A DNA stretch of 64,000 bases from an uncultured Chloroflexia bacterium (GTDB lineage: Bacteria; Chloroflexota; Limnocylindria; Limnocylindrales; CSP1-4): the NCBI GenBank assembly GCA_963720755.1, contig CAVRGP010000002.1:1-64000 (forward strand). Direction: 5' to 3'. The notes beneath the pieces are model-generated. The model worked only from the letters and a program-made list of their open reading frames with translations. It ran no database searches and was not told where the DNA came from. Shown here in pieces: positions 29,930 through 40,904 of the stretch. Position numbers and translations under genes: made by a program. Position 1 is the stretch's first letter. The number at the start of each line of letters is the position of its first letter.

Positions 29930-31558
29930 TCAGCGCTTGAGCTCGTAGATCGCGATCGGGTCCGATGCGCCGACCGTGAACCGGCCCAGCAAGCGGTAGG
30001 ACCCAGAGGCGACGAGCGCGTCGACGACGCGCTTGATCTCGCGTTGCCCGCTGGGGCGCCCGCCGCGGAACATGGTCTCGTGGAAGGTCCAATCGGCGGG
30101 CGTCAGATCCATCCAGACGATGAATGTCGGCGGCTGCTGGCGGAGGGTCTCGGCGTCGCGGATTGCCAGGCTGTCGGGTGCAACGTCAAAGTAGTCGACC
30201 ACGCCGAAAGTCGGACTTGGAAGGCCGACCATCACGTTGAAGTAGTCTATGTGAGGAAAGGTGTACATCGTGTCGCCCGGTCGCTTGGTCGCCTGGACGA
30301 CGTGGTAGATCGTGTTCAGGTCGGCGGCGTAGGCGGGTGACGACCGTAGCCCGGCCAGATGGGGGTCGTCGAACGGCGTTGTCGCCGTCGACGCCGCCGG
30401 CAGAGCGTTGACGCCCCACCAGTGGTAGGGCAACGATACCCGCTGTACCACGACGCTGAGGATCAGCAAGGCGCATGCGCCGTACGCCGCGACGTCACGG
30501 GCCCGCCACCAGCTGACCCTGGCTGACAGCGCCGTCCCGATCAGCAGGGCACCCGGCAGGAGCATCGCATGCTCCTCGAGGACGCCCGACATGCCGTGGA
30601 CCCACATGAGGGTGAACGCTGCCACGGCGATCAGGAAGCGGATCGGCTCGCGACGAGCACGCCAGCACAAGATCCCGACGGCCACGAACGACACATAGAC
30701 GAGCCAGGCTCGGGCAGCCCGATCCCCCTCGATGGTGATCTCCGCTGGCAGCTCGGGCAGGCGCGTGAGAAAGCCGAAGAGCAGAGTGACGACGCTGCCT
30801 TTTGACGAGCTCCCGCCGAACACCTGCTCGAGCGCGGGTGACAGAGCCCCCGTCGCGGCGAGCACGCCCGTGGCCACCGCTATGACGGAGAGGCAAGCCG
30901 GGATGCTGGCGACGATGCGTGGACGTCGCGGCAGGAGCGCTAACCCCAGCACGAGGGGGAGGATGACGCCGGTCGACTGCTTGAAAAGGAACAGCATGCC
31001 CGATGCCAGGCCAAAGAGGATCGGCCAACGCCACCGATCCGACTCCAAGCACCGGATCGCAAGGTAGAGCACGAGGACGGAAAGGGTCATCGACGACTGG
31101 TAATAGCCGTAGAACACGTTCTGCAGGTTGGCGGATGACACGATGAAGCCAGTCAGGACCGCCACGAATGCAACCCGCAAGGGGAACAGTCGGCGAAGGG
31201 TCACGAACGTGACCGCGATGAGAACGAGACTCTCGGCGATCCCGTACAGGCGCAGGGCGAGGAACGAGTCGTTGGTCGCGACCGAGATCGCGTGCATCAG
31301 CAACGGGAAGCCGGGCGGGATGAATAGGTAGAAGTCGCGGTAGGGCACCTGGCCCGCGCTCATCCGGTTCGAGATGTCCTGGAACCAGCCCTCCGTGACG
31401 GGCACGAATGTCGTCACGAGCAGCAAGCTGAACGTCGCACAGATGACCAGGAGGGCTGCGAGGGTGAGGGTGGTGCCGGCGCCAGCCCAGGCAAGCCGCT
31501 CGTGCGCACGCTCCCCTACGCTGCCAATGGCTCCGGCTCCGCGCGTCGGCTCCGTCAC
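29930..31558 (-). CDS. GT-C-like multi-TM glycosyltransferase (GtrC-type)
   Basis: EG...G.VPYRDF...PP, FKQS.G, extracytoplasmic C-terminal domain. Confidence 0.7.
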   Translation of the reverse strand: MTEPTRGAGAIGSVGERAHERLAWAGAGTTLTLAALLVICATFSLLLVTTFVPVTEGWFQDISNRMSAGQVPYRDFYLFIPPGFPLLMHAISVATNDSFLALRLYGIAESLVLIAVTFVTLRRLFPLRVAFVAVLTGFIVSSANLQNVFYGYYQSSMTLSVLVLYLAIRCLESDRWRWPILFGLASGMLFLFKQSTGVILPLVLGLALLPRRPRIVASIPACLSVIAVATGVLAATGALSPALEQVFGGSSSKGSVVTLLFGFLTRLPELPAEITIEGDRAARAWLVYVSFVAVGILCWRARREPIRFLIAVAAFTLMWVHGMSGVLEEHAMLLPGALLIGTALSARVSWWRARDVAAYGACALLILSVVVQRVSLPYHWWGVNALPAASTATTPFDDPHLAGLRSSPAYAADLNTIYHVVQATKRPGDTMYTFPHIDYFNVMVGLPSPTFGVVDYFDVAPDSLAIRDAETLRQQPPTFIVWMDLTPADWTFHETMFRGGRPSGQREIKRVVDALVASGSYRLLGRFTVGASDPIAIYELKR

Positions 31559-31612
31559 ACGACGTGCGTGACAGTGGGTTCACGTCCTGGGCGTGGTTGC
31601 TGGAGACGGTCG

Positions 31613-33346
31613 TCACGATGTACCCGCATCCTGTATTGGAGAGCAATCCTGCCTTGTATTGCCATACAGGTAGAGCGGTTCCGCACGGCCAAAGAACAGA
31701 TACTGCAGATACGCCAATTCGTTCGATTCGGATCAGCTTGTAGTGAGGGATGCTGAGTCGACTGTTCGAAAGGACCGCACAGGTTCGGAACGAAGGCCAG
31801 TTGCTCTCCCACCAGTTCAGGCTGTCCGGATCGAGTCGGTCTTCTCGGGCCCGGTCCCGTTGAAGCCGACCCACTCGTAACCCGCATCCACGGTGCTCGC
31901 GTCGTATCCCATTGCGACGGCCGCCTGACCTTCACGATAGCGGGCGGTGTCGTAGGCGAATGAGTTCAAAGCGATGATGAATGCCGATGCCACAAGCCAG
32001 ACAAAGGCCCCGTGGGCGAAGGCGTGGCTTCGGCCAAGGGCGAATGGCTGCGAGCCTCGGCGCAACATGAGGGTCGCAACGACCGGGACCATCGGAAACA
32101 GGTAACGGTCGTAGACGGCGCCGATCGCCGAGTAGAGTGCAAGTTCCGCGCCGTATAGGAGCAGGAAGAGCAACAGCGGGGCTTCTGGGGCGTGCGCGAA
32201 TCGAACCACGAACGCCTTTGCCGTTGACAAGTTTGTGACCCCGATGACGTGGTGCTTACCCCGCGTCAGGATGAGCGCCCCAACCAAGATCGCCGCGAAG
32301 ATGGCCAGTTGCTCGGACAGTGCCCAAGAAGTGCTACCAAAGACTGTCTCCCGGGACCCTGTTAGGAAGAAATCGCCCGTGGGGCCCTCGTAGTAGCCTC
32401 CTGGACCGATGTAGCCTCCCCCCAGGCCGTTGGACGTCCAAAGGTTCCCGATGATCGGTCCGTTCGGCGACAGAGCGACCATCAAGCCCACTGCGGCGGC
32501 AGCAAGCAAGATCGCGTGCGGGCTGATTGCACCGATCCGCTCCCCCGCCCAAAGCACGGCGGCGGGGAGGACAACCGCTGCCAGCGTGATGAATGCCGGG
32601 CCCAGGATGCTTAGATATTGGGAGTGCACCGATACCGGCTGGACGTTGCCGGGAAGCGAAGCGACCACCCCGATGATGGTTGCTACCCCGACAACCAGAA
32701 CCATTGACACAAAAGCAAGGAGTGTTCGCTCGCCGGCGCGACTCCGGACCCAGGCGACCGCGAGTATCGCGACTGGGGCGCTGATCGCGAATTCGCGGAT
32801 GCCCACGGCAAGAAGACCGATGCCGATTGAAACCATGAGGGTCCATCGTCCGCCATCCCCCTGGAGCCACTTGGTTCCCAAGTACAGGCAAACCATGACG
32901 AACGCAAACGTAGGCCCATCTGTCATGAAGCTCGCCGATTGGCGAACAAAGCCAGGCATCGCCTGAGTAAGCAGGACGACAAACACCGCGGAGGCTATTC
33001 CCAGGAAGCGTCGTGCCAAGAGGTAGGTGGCGACGACTCCGATCGAGGCCATGACGAGTCCATACGCCGTAAATGCCCAGGGGTCACCGCCGGATACCCA
33101 AAGGAATGGCTGAACAGTCAATAGTTGCCCGATGAACGCGGCAGTGTGCGCGAACAAATCGACGGAGCCAGTCTGAAACAGACCGGTCGCCGCTCGCATG
33201 TAGACCCAGTCGTCGTTGCTCGGCAGGCCGATGGCGCCCGCAGCGGCAGCCATCCATAGCGGGATGCCGACCGCGACCAAGGCGAGGATCGTCATTGATC
33301 CCACGTCCTTCGGTCCGATACGTACCCTCGTCGGAAGCCAATTCAT
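31613..33346 (-). CDS. GT39/ArnT-like GT-C protein (two apparent frameshifts near the C-terminus)
   Basis: NDDWVY, SFMTD, IRE, DRY, DAGYEW; continues as LNWWESNW... then YLQYLFFGRAEPLYLYG to a stop at 31613. Confidence 0.7.
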
Positions 33347-33347
33347 G

Positions 33348-35405
33348 TCATGGGACCTGCAGGATCTCGGCTTCGCCGCTTCCGGCGACTGGGACCGCTC
33401 CGCTGACGAGCGTGTTCGGGTGCCTGGCATCAGCATAGATGTAGTCGATGCCGTGCTCCTTCATGAACCCGATGACGCTGCTTGACGAAGGTCGAGCAGT
33501 CGCGTTCGGGTACAGCGCTAGTTGCGGGGCGGCTCTGAAGAATTGGCTGACCACTGCGAGCGATGGTTCGGCGCCAAGTAGGGTGCTTGGAAATTCCGCC
33601 TCGAAGCACATCGGGACGACGCGGCGGCCAGCGTGCGCATCGATGCTAAGAAGTTGAGGTGTTCCAAACGCTACCTCGTCGAACGGCTGGCATGAGTAAG
33701 CCAATTTCGCATCCGAGGGCAACTGGCTGATGGCTTCGAGAAGGGCGATCGGGATCGGCTCGTAGCCAGAAGGTCCGAAGCCCTGCAGGCGGACGATCCC
33801 GTTCGCAAATCCCAACTCCAGCTGGATCCCGCACAAGGCGATCAATGCGATGGTGAGCCGGACGTGCCTCGTCCTTGGAGGCGCTCCCAGACGATCGCCA
33901 CGGCGGCAGCCGCGATCGGCGTGGCGAAGACTGCGATTCCGGCGAAGTACAGGTAGAACATCGTGAAGTCGCCGAGCCGCGCACCCCACGCGACTGCGCC
34001 CACAGCAAGGACACCTAGCGTCGCGACGAAGAGATCACTTTGCAGCCGTGCCTCACGCCGTCTCAGATACCAGGCGGCCGGAATCGCGAGGAACACGCCA
34101 GCACCGAGGATCGTGATTGCGACGGAGTCGCGCCATGACGCGTTGAACGGCGCTACGACCACCGAGGGTGCGACGCTGGAAGGGGGTGGGCCGCTTGCTG
34201 ACGGGCTGACTCCCACATCGTGGGCGGTCGCCATGCCCCAGAGCACCGTTGCCAGGACGAGGGCACCGGTTGCGGTCATCGTGCGGACCCAGACGGGCAA
34301 CAAGATCGGTTGCCGCCGCGCACGAATCGACCTCGCAACCTCGAGCGTGCAGACGATCCCCACGCCAACGAGCGCGAGCACCGCGATCGCAATATGGGCG
34401 GGTAGGATGAATGCGACCGCGCTCCCAACGAAGCCAGCGAGCGCCCATGTCGCGCCGCGACGAGTCAAGACGACCACAGCGAAGAGCGCAAGTAGACCCG
34501 CGATGGCACCAAGCCCGTATAGTTGTGACCCCGAAGATCATGCCGACGGCCCAGCCACTGAAGAACGGTCCCGGGATCAACGCGACGGGGGCGAGAAATA
34601 GGCACGCCGTGAACCCGAATGCGAAAGCCTTCCACGAATCGGTGTCCGCCATCCGGCGGACGAGGGTGCCGGTCAGCGCGGCGGCGGCTAGGAGCACGAT
34701 CGGCAAGACGATGAAGAACCGAGCGGCGAGCGGCGGCGCGCCGAAGATCGTGATGGCGGCGGAAGCGAGCCACAGTTCGCCCCAGTGGTACCAAGTCTGC
34801 TCGGGCAACCCGGCCAGATCCGTGAAGCCGGACGGCGAGAGTATTCGTCTCGGTGCCAGAGGTGGCCAGGTCGCGGCCGAGGACCGCGTAATACGCCTCG
34901 TCACGGTTCTCCACAGGCTGGACGCCATTGCGCGGGCTCGGTGCCATCGTTGATCCATACAGGAGGGCGATCGCAACGACGAAGGCGCCACCACCGAGCG
35001 CCGCGAGAGCGATCGATCGATTGCGCTCCCAACGCGTCCGTCTCCGCGGCCGTGGGCGCCGCCGATGCGCTGCTTGCGGCTTGACCTCGTGGCCGGAACC
35101 GTGGGACAAGCGCAAGCGATGATGGCGATGGCGAAGCCGATGGCCACCGGCGTGAATGAGCTCCGCCCGCCGGACCAGATTGCGGCCCACCAGGCGGCGA
35201 GGACCAGGAGCCCGGATGCCAGGCCGACGCCGAGCGTCTCGCCCGCCCGCGCGTTGACCTCGAGCAGGCCAACGGTGCGCGCCACCCAGATGCCAAACAC
35301 GAGAGCGATCGCCCCGAACAGCAGGCCCTGGGCGATCGCCAGCCACACGGCTCCGTCGGCGACGGTGATGGCGAACTCAGACACGAGTGGAGGCAGCCAA
35401 CTCAC
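33348..35405 (-). CDS. Large multi-TM membrane protein, probable GT-C, split by at least four frameshifts
   Basis: Successive hydrophobic segments in ORFs 34053, 34465, 33842, 33348; DEAYYA, WYHWGELW, IDYIY. Confidence 0.6.
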
Positions 35406-35476
35406 GGGAAGTCCTCGACCATGTTCGCGCGGAGGGCCTGAGCGAGAGCGGGCGCCGATCGACTAGTACTCGTCAC
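35402..35476 (-). CDS. Putative leaderless 24-aa upstream ORF
   Basis: TACGAT 6 nt before GTG; its stop overlaps the next GTG (GTGA). Confidence 0.3.
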   Translation of the reverse strand: MTSTSRSAPALAQALRANMVEDFP

Positions 35477-35741
35477 GCGCGCATCGTAGCCGGACGCGTT
35501 CCCGACCCAATGTGACGCGAAGGTCCGCCTCGCGCCGGGACCCTCCGACCTCCAGCGGCGTCTCCACCATGTCGTCGTATCCCGTCGCCCTCCTGTACGC
35601 GGATCGCCATGGCTACATCGAAAATCCGGGTTCGCCTCCGGCACCCGGGGGCTACACCAGGCTCGATGCCCGGCGCCAAACGGATTAGTCATTTCGTACT
35701 GGGGGGCGCCGAGCGCGACCCGGTGCTACCCTGCACCGGCC

Positions 35742-37373
35742 GTGCGAATCCCTCTGCTCCTGTACGGGCTTGCGTTCGCCGTTCGCGCCGGGTTGATGCT
35801 CCTGTTCCCCGACCCGGCCTACCCGGATTCGTTCTACTACGTCGACGTGGCGCGGGCGCTCGGCGAGCGGACACGGGCTGAACGTCGACTTCGTCTGGAT
35901 CTTCGCGGAGGTCGGCGGCAAGTTGCCCGCCGATGCGGTCCTGCCCATCCCGTCGAACGCGCACTGGCTCCCCCTGGCGTCGTTCATCCAGGCGCCGTTC
36001 ATCGTGCTCATGGGCGCGACGGCGATCGCATCCGCGCTGCCGATGGTGCTCATCGGCTCACTGGCCGCGCCGCTGACCTGGCTGATCGCCCGTGACATGG
36101 GCGCTTCCCGGACCGTGCAGCTGGGTGCCGCGGTCCTCGCCGCCATCCCCGCAGCGGGGACGGTGTTCATGCCGCAGCCAGAGAACTTCGCGATCTTCCA
36201 GCCGCTGGTGGCGGCGACCCTGTGGTTCGCGGCTCGTGGGCTGCGGGGCGACACGAAGTCATACGCGGCGGCGGGGCTCCTCGTCGGGCTCGCCTCGATC
36301 GCACGCAACGACGCCTTCCTGCTGGGCGCGGCCGTCGGCCTCGTCTTCGTCATCGATCGGGTCCGAGCCTGGCGGCGCGGCGATCGTCCGCACATCTCGG
36401 TCCTCGCGGCGGCCGCCTGCATCGGGCTCTACCTGCTCATCGTCGTCCCGTGGTGGTACCGGCAGTACACCGTCTTCGGGTCGATCTCGCCGACGGCATC
36501 GACCGGTACCGCGCTGTGGCTGACGGAGTACCGGCAGTGGAACAGCATCACCGCGGACGTGTCGCTCGCGAACTTCCTGGCCCAGGGACCCGCCGGCATC
36601 ATCGGCAGCCGGCTCGGTGGGCTCGTGTCGGCGCCGCGAACTTCGCGGTCGTCATCTGCTCGGTCGTGCTCGTCCCATTCGTCGTGTGGGGCGGCTGGAT
36701 CCGCCGCCGCTCGGACGACTTGCTGCCCTGGTTCCTGTACGTCCTCATCATGTTCCTCGGCGCGACGCTGCTCTTCCCGTTGCACGTTCCGGGCGGCGCG
36801 TTCATCCATTCGGCCGTCGGGATGGGTCCGTATGCCTACATCCTGGCGCTGGAGGGTGTCGCGGCCCTGGTCGCGTGGATCGCGAAACGACGACCGAGCT
36901 GGGACGCATCGACCGCGACGCCGGTCTTCTCCTGGGCGGTCGTCGCCCTCGTGATCCTCACCGCGGCGCTGTACGCCCCGGTGGTCCAGGCCGGCTGGCG
37001 GGCGGCCGCGGCCCCACGGATCGAACTCGCCACGCAGCTGGACGAGATGGGCGTCCCGTCCACGGACCGGCTGATGTCCATCGATGCCGGCGGGTTCAAG
37101 TACTTCACAGGGCGGGGTGGTGTCGTCTCGCCGGACGACCCGATCGACACGATCCGAGAGGTCGCAGACGCCTACGACATCCGCTGGCTGGTCCTGGAGC
37201 GAAACGGCACGGTCGAGGCCCTCAAGCCCGTCCTCGATGGCGCGGCGCGGCCGGCCTGGATCGGGCCGCCGTCCTTCACGGTCGCAGCGGCTGACGATGG
37301 ACCACCGACGCTGGGGCTCTATCCTGTGTGCTTCGACGTATCCGACACCCGCTGCGGGGAGGCAGGGTCATGA
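35742..37373 (+). CDS. ArnT/GT39-like GT-C glycosyltransferase (two frameshifts)
   Basis: PDSFYY..VA, HWLPL, ARNDA, PWW.R....FGS. Confidence 0.75.
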
Positions 37374-38997
37374 GTCGACGCGAAGCTTGGTTGACGGCAG
37401 GCGCGATCTTCGTCGTCGCGTTCCTCGTGCGGCTGGTGTTCGCGTCGCAGATCGTCTTCCCGAAGCCGGAAGACACCGCCTACTACGTCGGGGTGGCGCA
37501 GAACCTGGTCGAGGGGCGGGGCCTCGTCACGGACGCCATCTGGAGCTTCCAGACGCCGCCGCTCGAGTTCCCACGGGCGGCGTTCGAGATCTGGCTACCC
37601 CTCCCGACGTTCCTCGCCGCGGTCCCCATGCTGTTGTTCGGAGCGACCTTTGCGGCCGCCCAATGGTCGTCGGTCCTGGCGGGCGCGATCGTGCCCGTCC
37701 TCGCCTGGCGCCTGGCCGCCGACATGGCCGCGGAGTACGAGGTCCCGCATCGCCCGAGCCCGGGTCCTCGCGATCGGGAGTGGCCTGACCGCCGCGGTCT
37801 ACCTGCCCCTCCTGCTCCACTCGGCCCTGCCCGATTCGACGATGCCGTTCACGGTCCTCGCCCTCTCGGCGTGCCTGCTGATGGCCCGTTTCGTCGCGCA
37901 TCCCCGGGATGTCCGGCTTCGCGACCCGCGCGTGATCGCGGTCGGCCTGCTGATCGGCCTGGCGGCCCTGACCCGCAACGAGGCGATCTACATCGGTCTC
38001 GCCTGGGCGATCGTGGTCTGGCGGATGGGCGGCGTGGCTCGAGGGCGACGGGTGGCCATCATCGTCGAGGTCGCCGTCATCGCCGGACTCATCTTCCTGC
38101 CCTGGGCGGTTCGCGACTGGCTGGTCTTCGGCAGTCCGTTGCCCGGTCAGGCAGTCGCCAACGCCCTGGCCGTGAACGGATACAGATGTCTTCGCCTGGA
38201 ATGATCCGCCGACGCTGGCCCGATACCTCGCCGTCGGCCCGATCGGCCTGGTCGGCATGCGCATCGGCGGCATCGTCCACAACCTGTTCAACGTCCTGCT
38301 CCTGCCCGGGCTGCCGATCTCGGTCATCGGACTCGTCGGCCTGTACTGGACCATTCGAAGCCAGGCACTCCGGCCCGTCGTCATCGTCAGCTTCACCGCA
38401 TTCATCGTCACCAGCCTCGTCTTCCCGGTCACCACGACCTGGGGGACCTTCCTCCATGCATCCGGTCCGTTCCAGGTGCTGCTCGTGGTGTCGGCCCTGT
38501 TCCTTCTCGACGGCCTGATCGAGGAGGTGAGCATCCGGAGGAAGTGGACGAACCCGAACGCCTGGCTCGGTGCCGTGCTCGGGATCTTCGGGTCGCTCCT
38601 GTTCTCGATCGTGCTCCTTCCGTCGTTCGCGGCAGGCTCGCGCGACACGGCCCGGCTGTACGAGGTCCTCGGGGAACGCATGGCGGCCATCGGGCATCCG
38701 ATCGATCCGGCGGACGGCCCGATCATCTCGAACTACCCGATCTGGATGGCCGAGACGCAAGGCGTCTATGCGCTCGGCCTGCCCGACGAACCGCCGCGCG
38801 ACGTCGTCGACCTTGCGGATCACTTCGGATCGACCCTGCTCATCCTGGTCGACGCGAACAGCACCCATTGGCCCGCGGATCTCGAGGCTGGCGTGGACGG
38901 CTCCGGTTGCTTCCACGAGGTCGACCTGCAGCATCCAGACGCGTCACTGGAGGATCCGCTCGCGGATACCAAGGTCTTCGAGATCGCCTGCCCGTGA
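37370..38997 (+). CDS. ArnT/GT39-like GT-C glycosyltransferase, tandem paralog (two frameshifts)
   Basis: EDTAYY..VA.NL.EG.G, WLPL, LTRNEA, PW..RD...FGS; ATGA overlap. Confidence 0.75.
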
Positions 38998-40052
38998 CCC
39001 GCGTCTGCATCGTCATCCTCGGTATGCACCGATCGGGTACGAGCGCGCTGGCGGGCACGCTCGGCTTGCTCGGCGCGACGATGCCGGAGCACCAGATCGC
39101 CGCGAACCCGACCAATCCGACCGGACACTGGGAGCCGGAGCGGCTGGTCCGGATCAATGACCGGCTACTCGAGGAGGCGGGCAGCGGTTGGCAGGACTGG
39201 CGCCGCTTCGACCCGGGCGCCGTGCCGCCGGAACGGATGCGTGCGTACCGCGACGAGATCGCCGCCTGCCTGGAGGACGAGTACCCGCAGTCGACGCTGT
39301 TCGTCGTGAAGGACCCGAGGATCTCGCGGATGGTCCCGCTCTATTCCGACATCCTCGGATCGATGGGCGTGGATCCGAAGTACATCCTGTGCGTCCGGAA
39401 CCCGACCGACGTGACGGCATCGCTGGTCCGTCGCAGTGGCATCTCGGCAGGGTCATCGGCGCTTCTCTGGCTGAGGCATGTCCTCGACGCCGAGCGCATG
39501 ACTCGCGGCAAGACCCGCACGTTCGTGTCCTATGAGGCACTCCTCGACGATTGGCGACACGTCGTGCTCAGGATGTCCGGGTCACTTGATCTCGAATGGC
39601 CACGCTCCATCGATGACGCCGCGCCGGATGTCGAACCCTTCCTCCAGGGAGATCTTCGGCACCATGCCCGGACAACGGGCGGAATGGGCGGCGGCGAGCA
39701 GATCGAGCGATGGGTGGGCGAGGTCTACGCTGCTCTCCTTTCCCTGATCGGGGATCCGGGCGATGGCGAGGCCATGGCCACGCTCGATCGCGTCAGCGCT
39801 GCGTTCGAACCGGCCGGCGAGACCTTCGGGTCGGCGACGTTTCCTGACCTCGTCGAACGTGATCGGCAGCTCGCCGCGATGGCCAAGCAGCTTCGCGTCG
39901 AGACGAGGCGCAGGGAGAGGACCGAGAAGCGGCTCGACGCCGTCCTGGCCAGCCGGTCGTGGCGTCTCACTCGACCACTTCGCGGCCGCAACCCACGTGA
40001 CCCGAAGGACGGTACGTCGCCGGATCACCATCCCGAAGCCACGCCCGAATAG
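38994..40052 (+). CDS. Sulfotransferase-family protein with C-terminal coiled coil
   Basis: LGMHRSGTS (5-prime PSB loop), NPTGHWE, KDPR, RNP..V..SL, SRSWRLTRPLR. Confidence 0.75.
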   Translation: MTRVCIVILGMHRSGTSALAGTLGLLGATMPEHQIAANPTNPTGHWEPERLVRINDRLLEEAGSGWQDWRRFDPGAVPPERMRAYRDEIAACLEDEYPQSTLFVVKDPRISRMVPLYSDILGSMGVDPKYILCVRNPTDVTASLVRRSGISAGSSALLWLRHVLDAERMTRGKTRTFVSYEALLDDWRHVVLRMSGSLDLEWPRSIDDAAPDVEPFLQGDLRHHARTTGGMGGGEQIERWVGEVYAALLSLIGDPGDGEAMATLDRVSAAFEPAGETFGSATFPDLVERDRQLAAMAKQLRVETRRRERTEKRLDAVLASRSWRLTRPLRGRNPRDPKDGTSPDHHPEATPE

Positions 40053-40190
40053 GTCTTTCGTACCAGTCGGCGGAACCGGTGCCCGGTGCTACGCTGCACC
40101 GGCTGTGAGATACCCCATCGTCCTGAGCACGCTTGGCCCCGCCCGCACGGGCGTGGGCTCGTGACGACCGCCTCGTATACTCGGACACCG

Positions 40191-40904
40191 ATGGAGCACG
40201 CACGCGTCGCCACCGAACCCACGGACGACCCACCCGATATCGGGCTGCGCCTTGTCGAGGCCCAGGAGACGGAGCGAGCGCGCCTTGCCCAGGAGGTCCA
40301 CGATGGACCGGCCCAGGCGCTCAGCAACGCCATCTTCCAGGTTGAGCTCATCGAGAAGCTGATCGACTCCGACCTCCCCCTCGCCCGCTCCGAGCTGCAC
40401 TACCTGCGCGAGCTGCTCCGGCGCGAGTTGGACGGCGTCCGTTCGTTCATCAGCCAGCTCCGGCCCCCGATCCTCGACGAGTTGGGCCTGAATGGCGCGA
40501 TCACCGATGCCGTTTCACGCCTGCGGACCCTGACCGGATTGGACATCGCCACCAACCTGGCCGCCCCGACGGACGGCCTGACCGACGCCCAGCGGACGGT
40601 CGCCCTGCGCGTCGCCCAGGAGTCCCTCCAGAACGTCCGAAAGCACGCCGCGGCCACGCATGTCACGGTCACCACGGCGCTGCGCGACGATGGTTGGACG
40701 CTGGAAGTCGGCGACGATGGGCGGGGTTTCGATCCGGGTGACATGGCGGCCCGCGGTCGGCGAAACTTCGGATTGCAATTCATGCGTGAACGCGCCGACC
40801 TGACCGGCGCACGATTCGACGTACGATCGCATCCGGATGGCGGCACCGTCGTCCGGCTGGTGATCCCGATCGGGGCCACCACGGGAGGAGAGGAGCGCTC
40901 ATGA
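40191..40904 (+). CDS. Soluble HisKA_3 histidine kinase (DegS-like core, no sensor domain)
   Basis: QE.ER.RLA.EVHDGPAQ, LRP..LD.LGL, QESLQNVRKHA, DDGRGF, FGL..MRER. Confidence 0.88.
   Translation: MEHARVATEPTDDPPDIGLRLVEAQETERARLAQEVHDGPAQALSNAIFQVELIEKLIDSDLPLARSELHYLRELLRRELDGVRSFISQLRPPILDELGLNGAITDAVSRLRTLTGLDIATNLAAPTDGLTDAQRTVALRVAQESLQNVRKHAAATHVTVTTALRDDGWTLEVGDDGRGFDPGDMAARGRRNFGLQFMRERADLTGARFDVRSHPDGGTVVRLVIPIGATTGGEERS

Noticed and set aside
31560-31816. AT-richer apparent intergenic region as a possible ncRNA
   Set aside because: It reads as the frameshifted C-terminus of the 33346 gene (WWESNW..., YLQYLFFG..PLYLYG).
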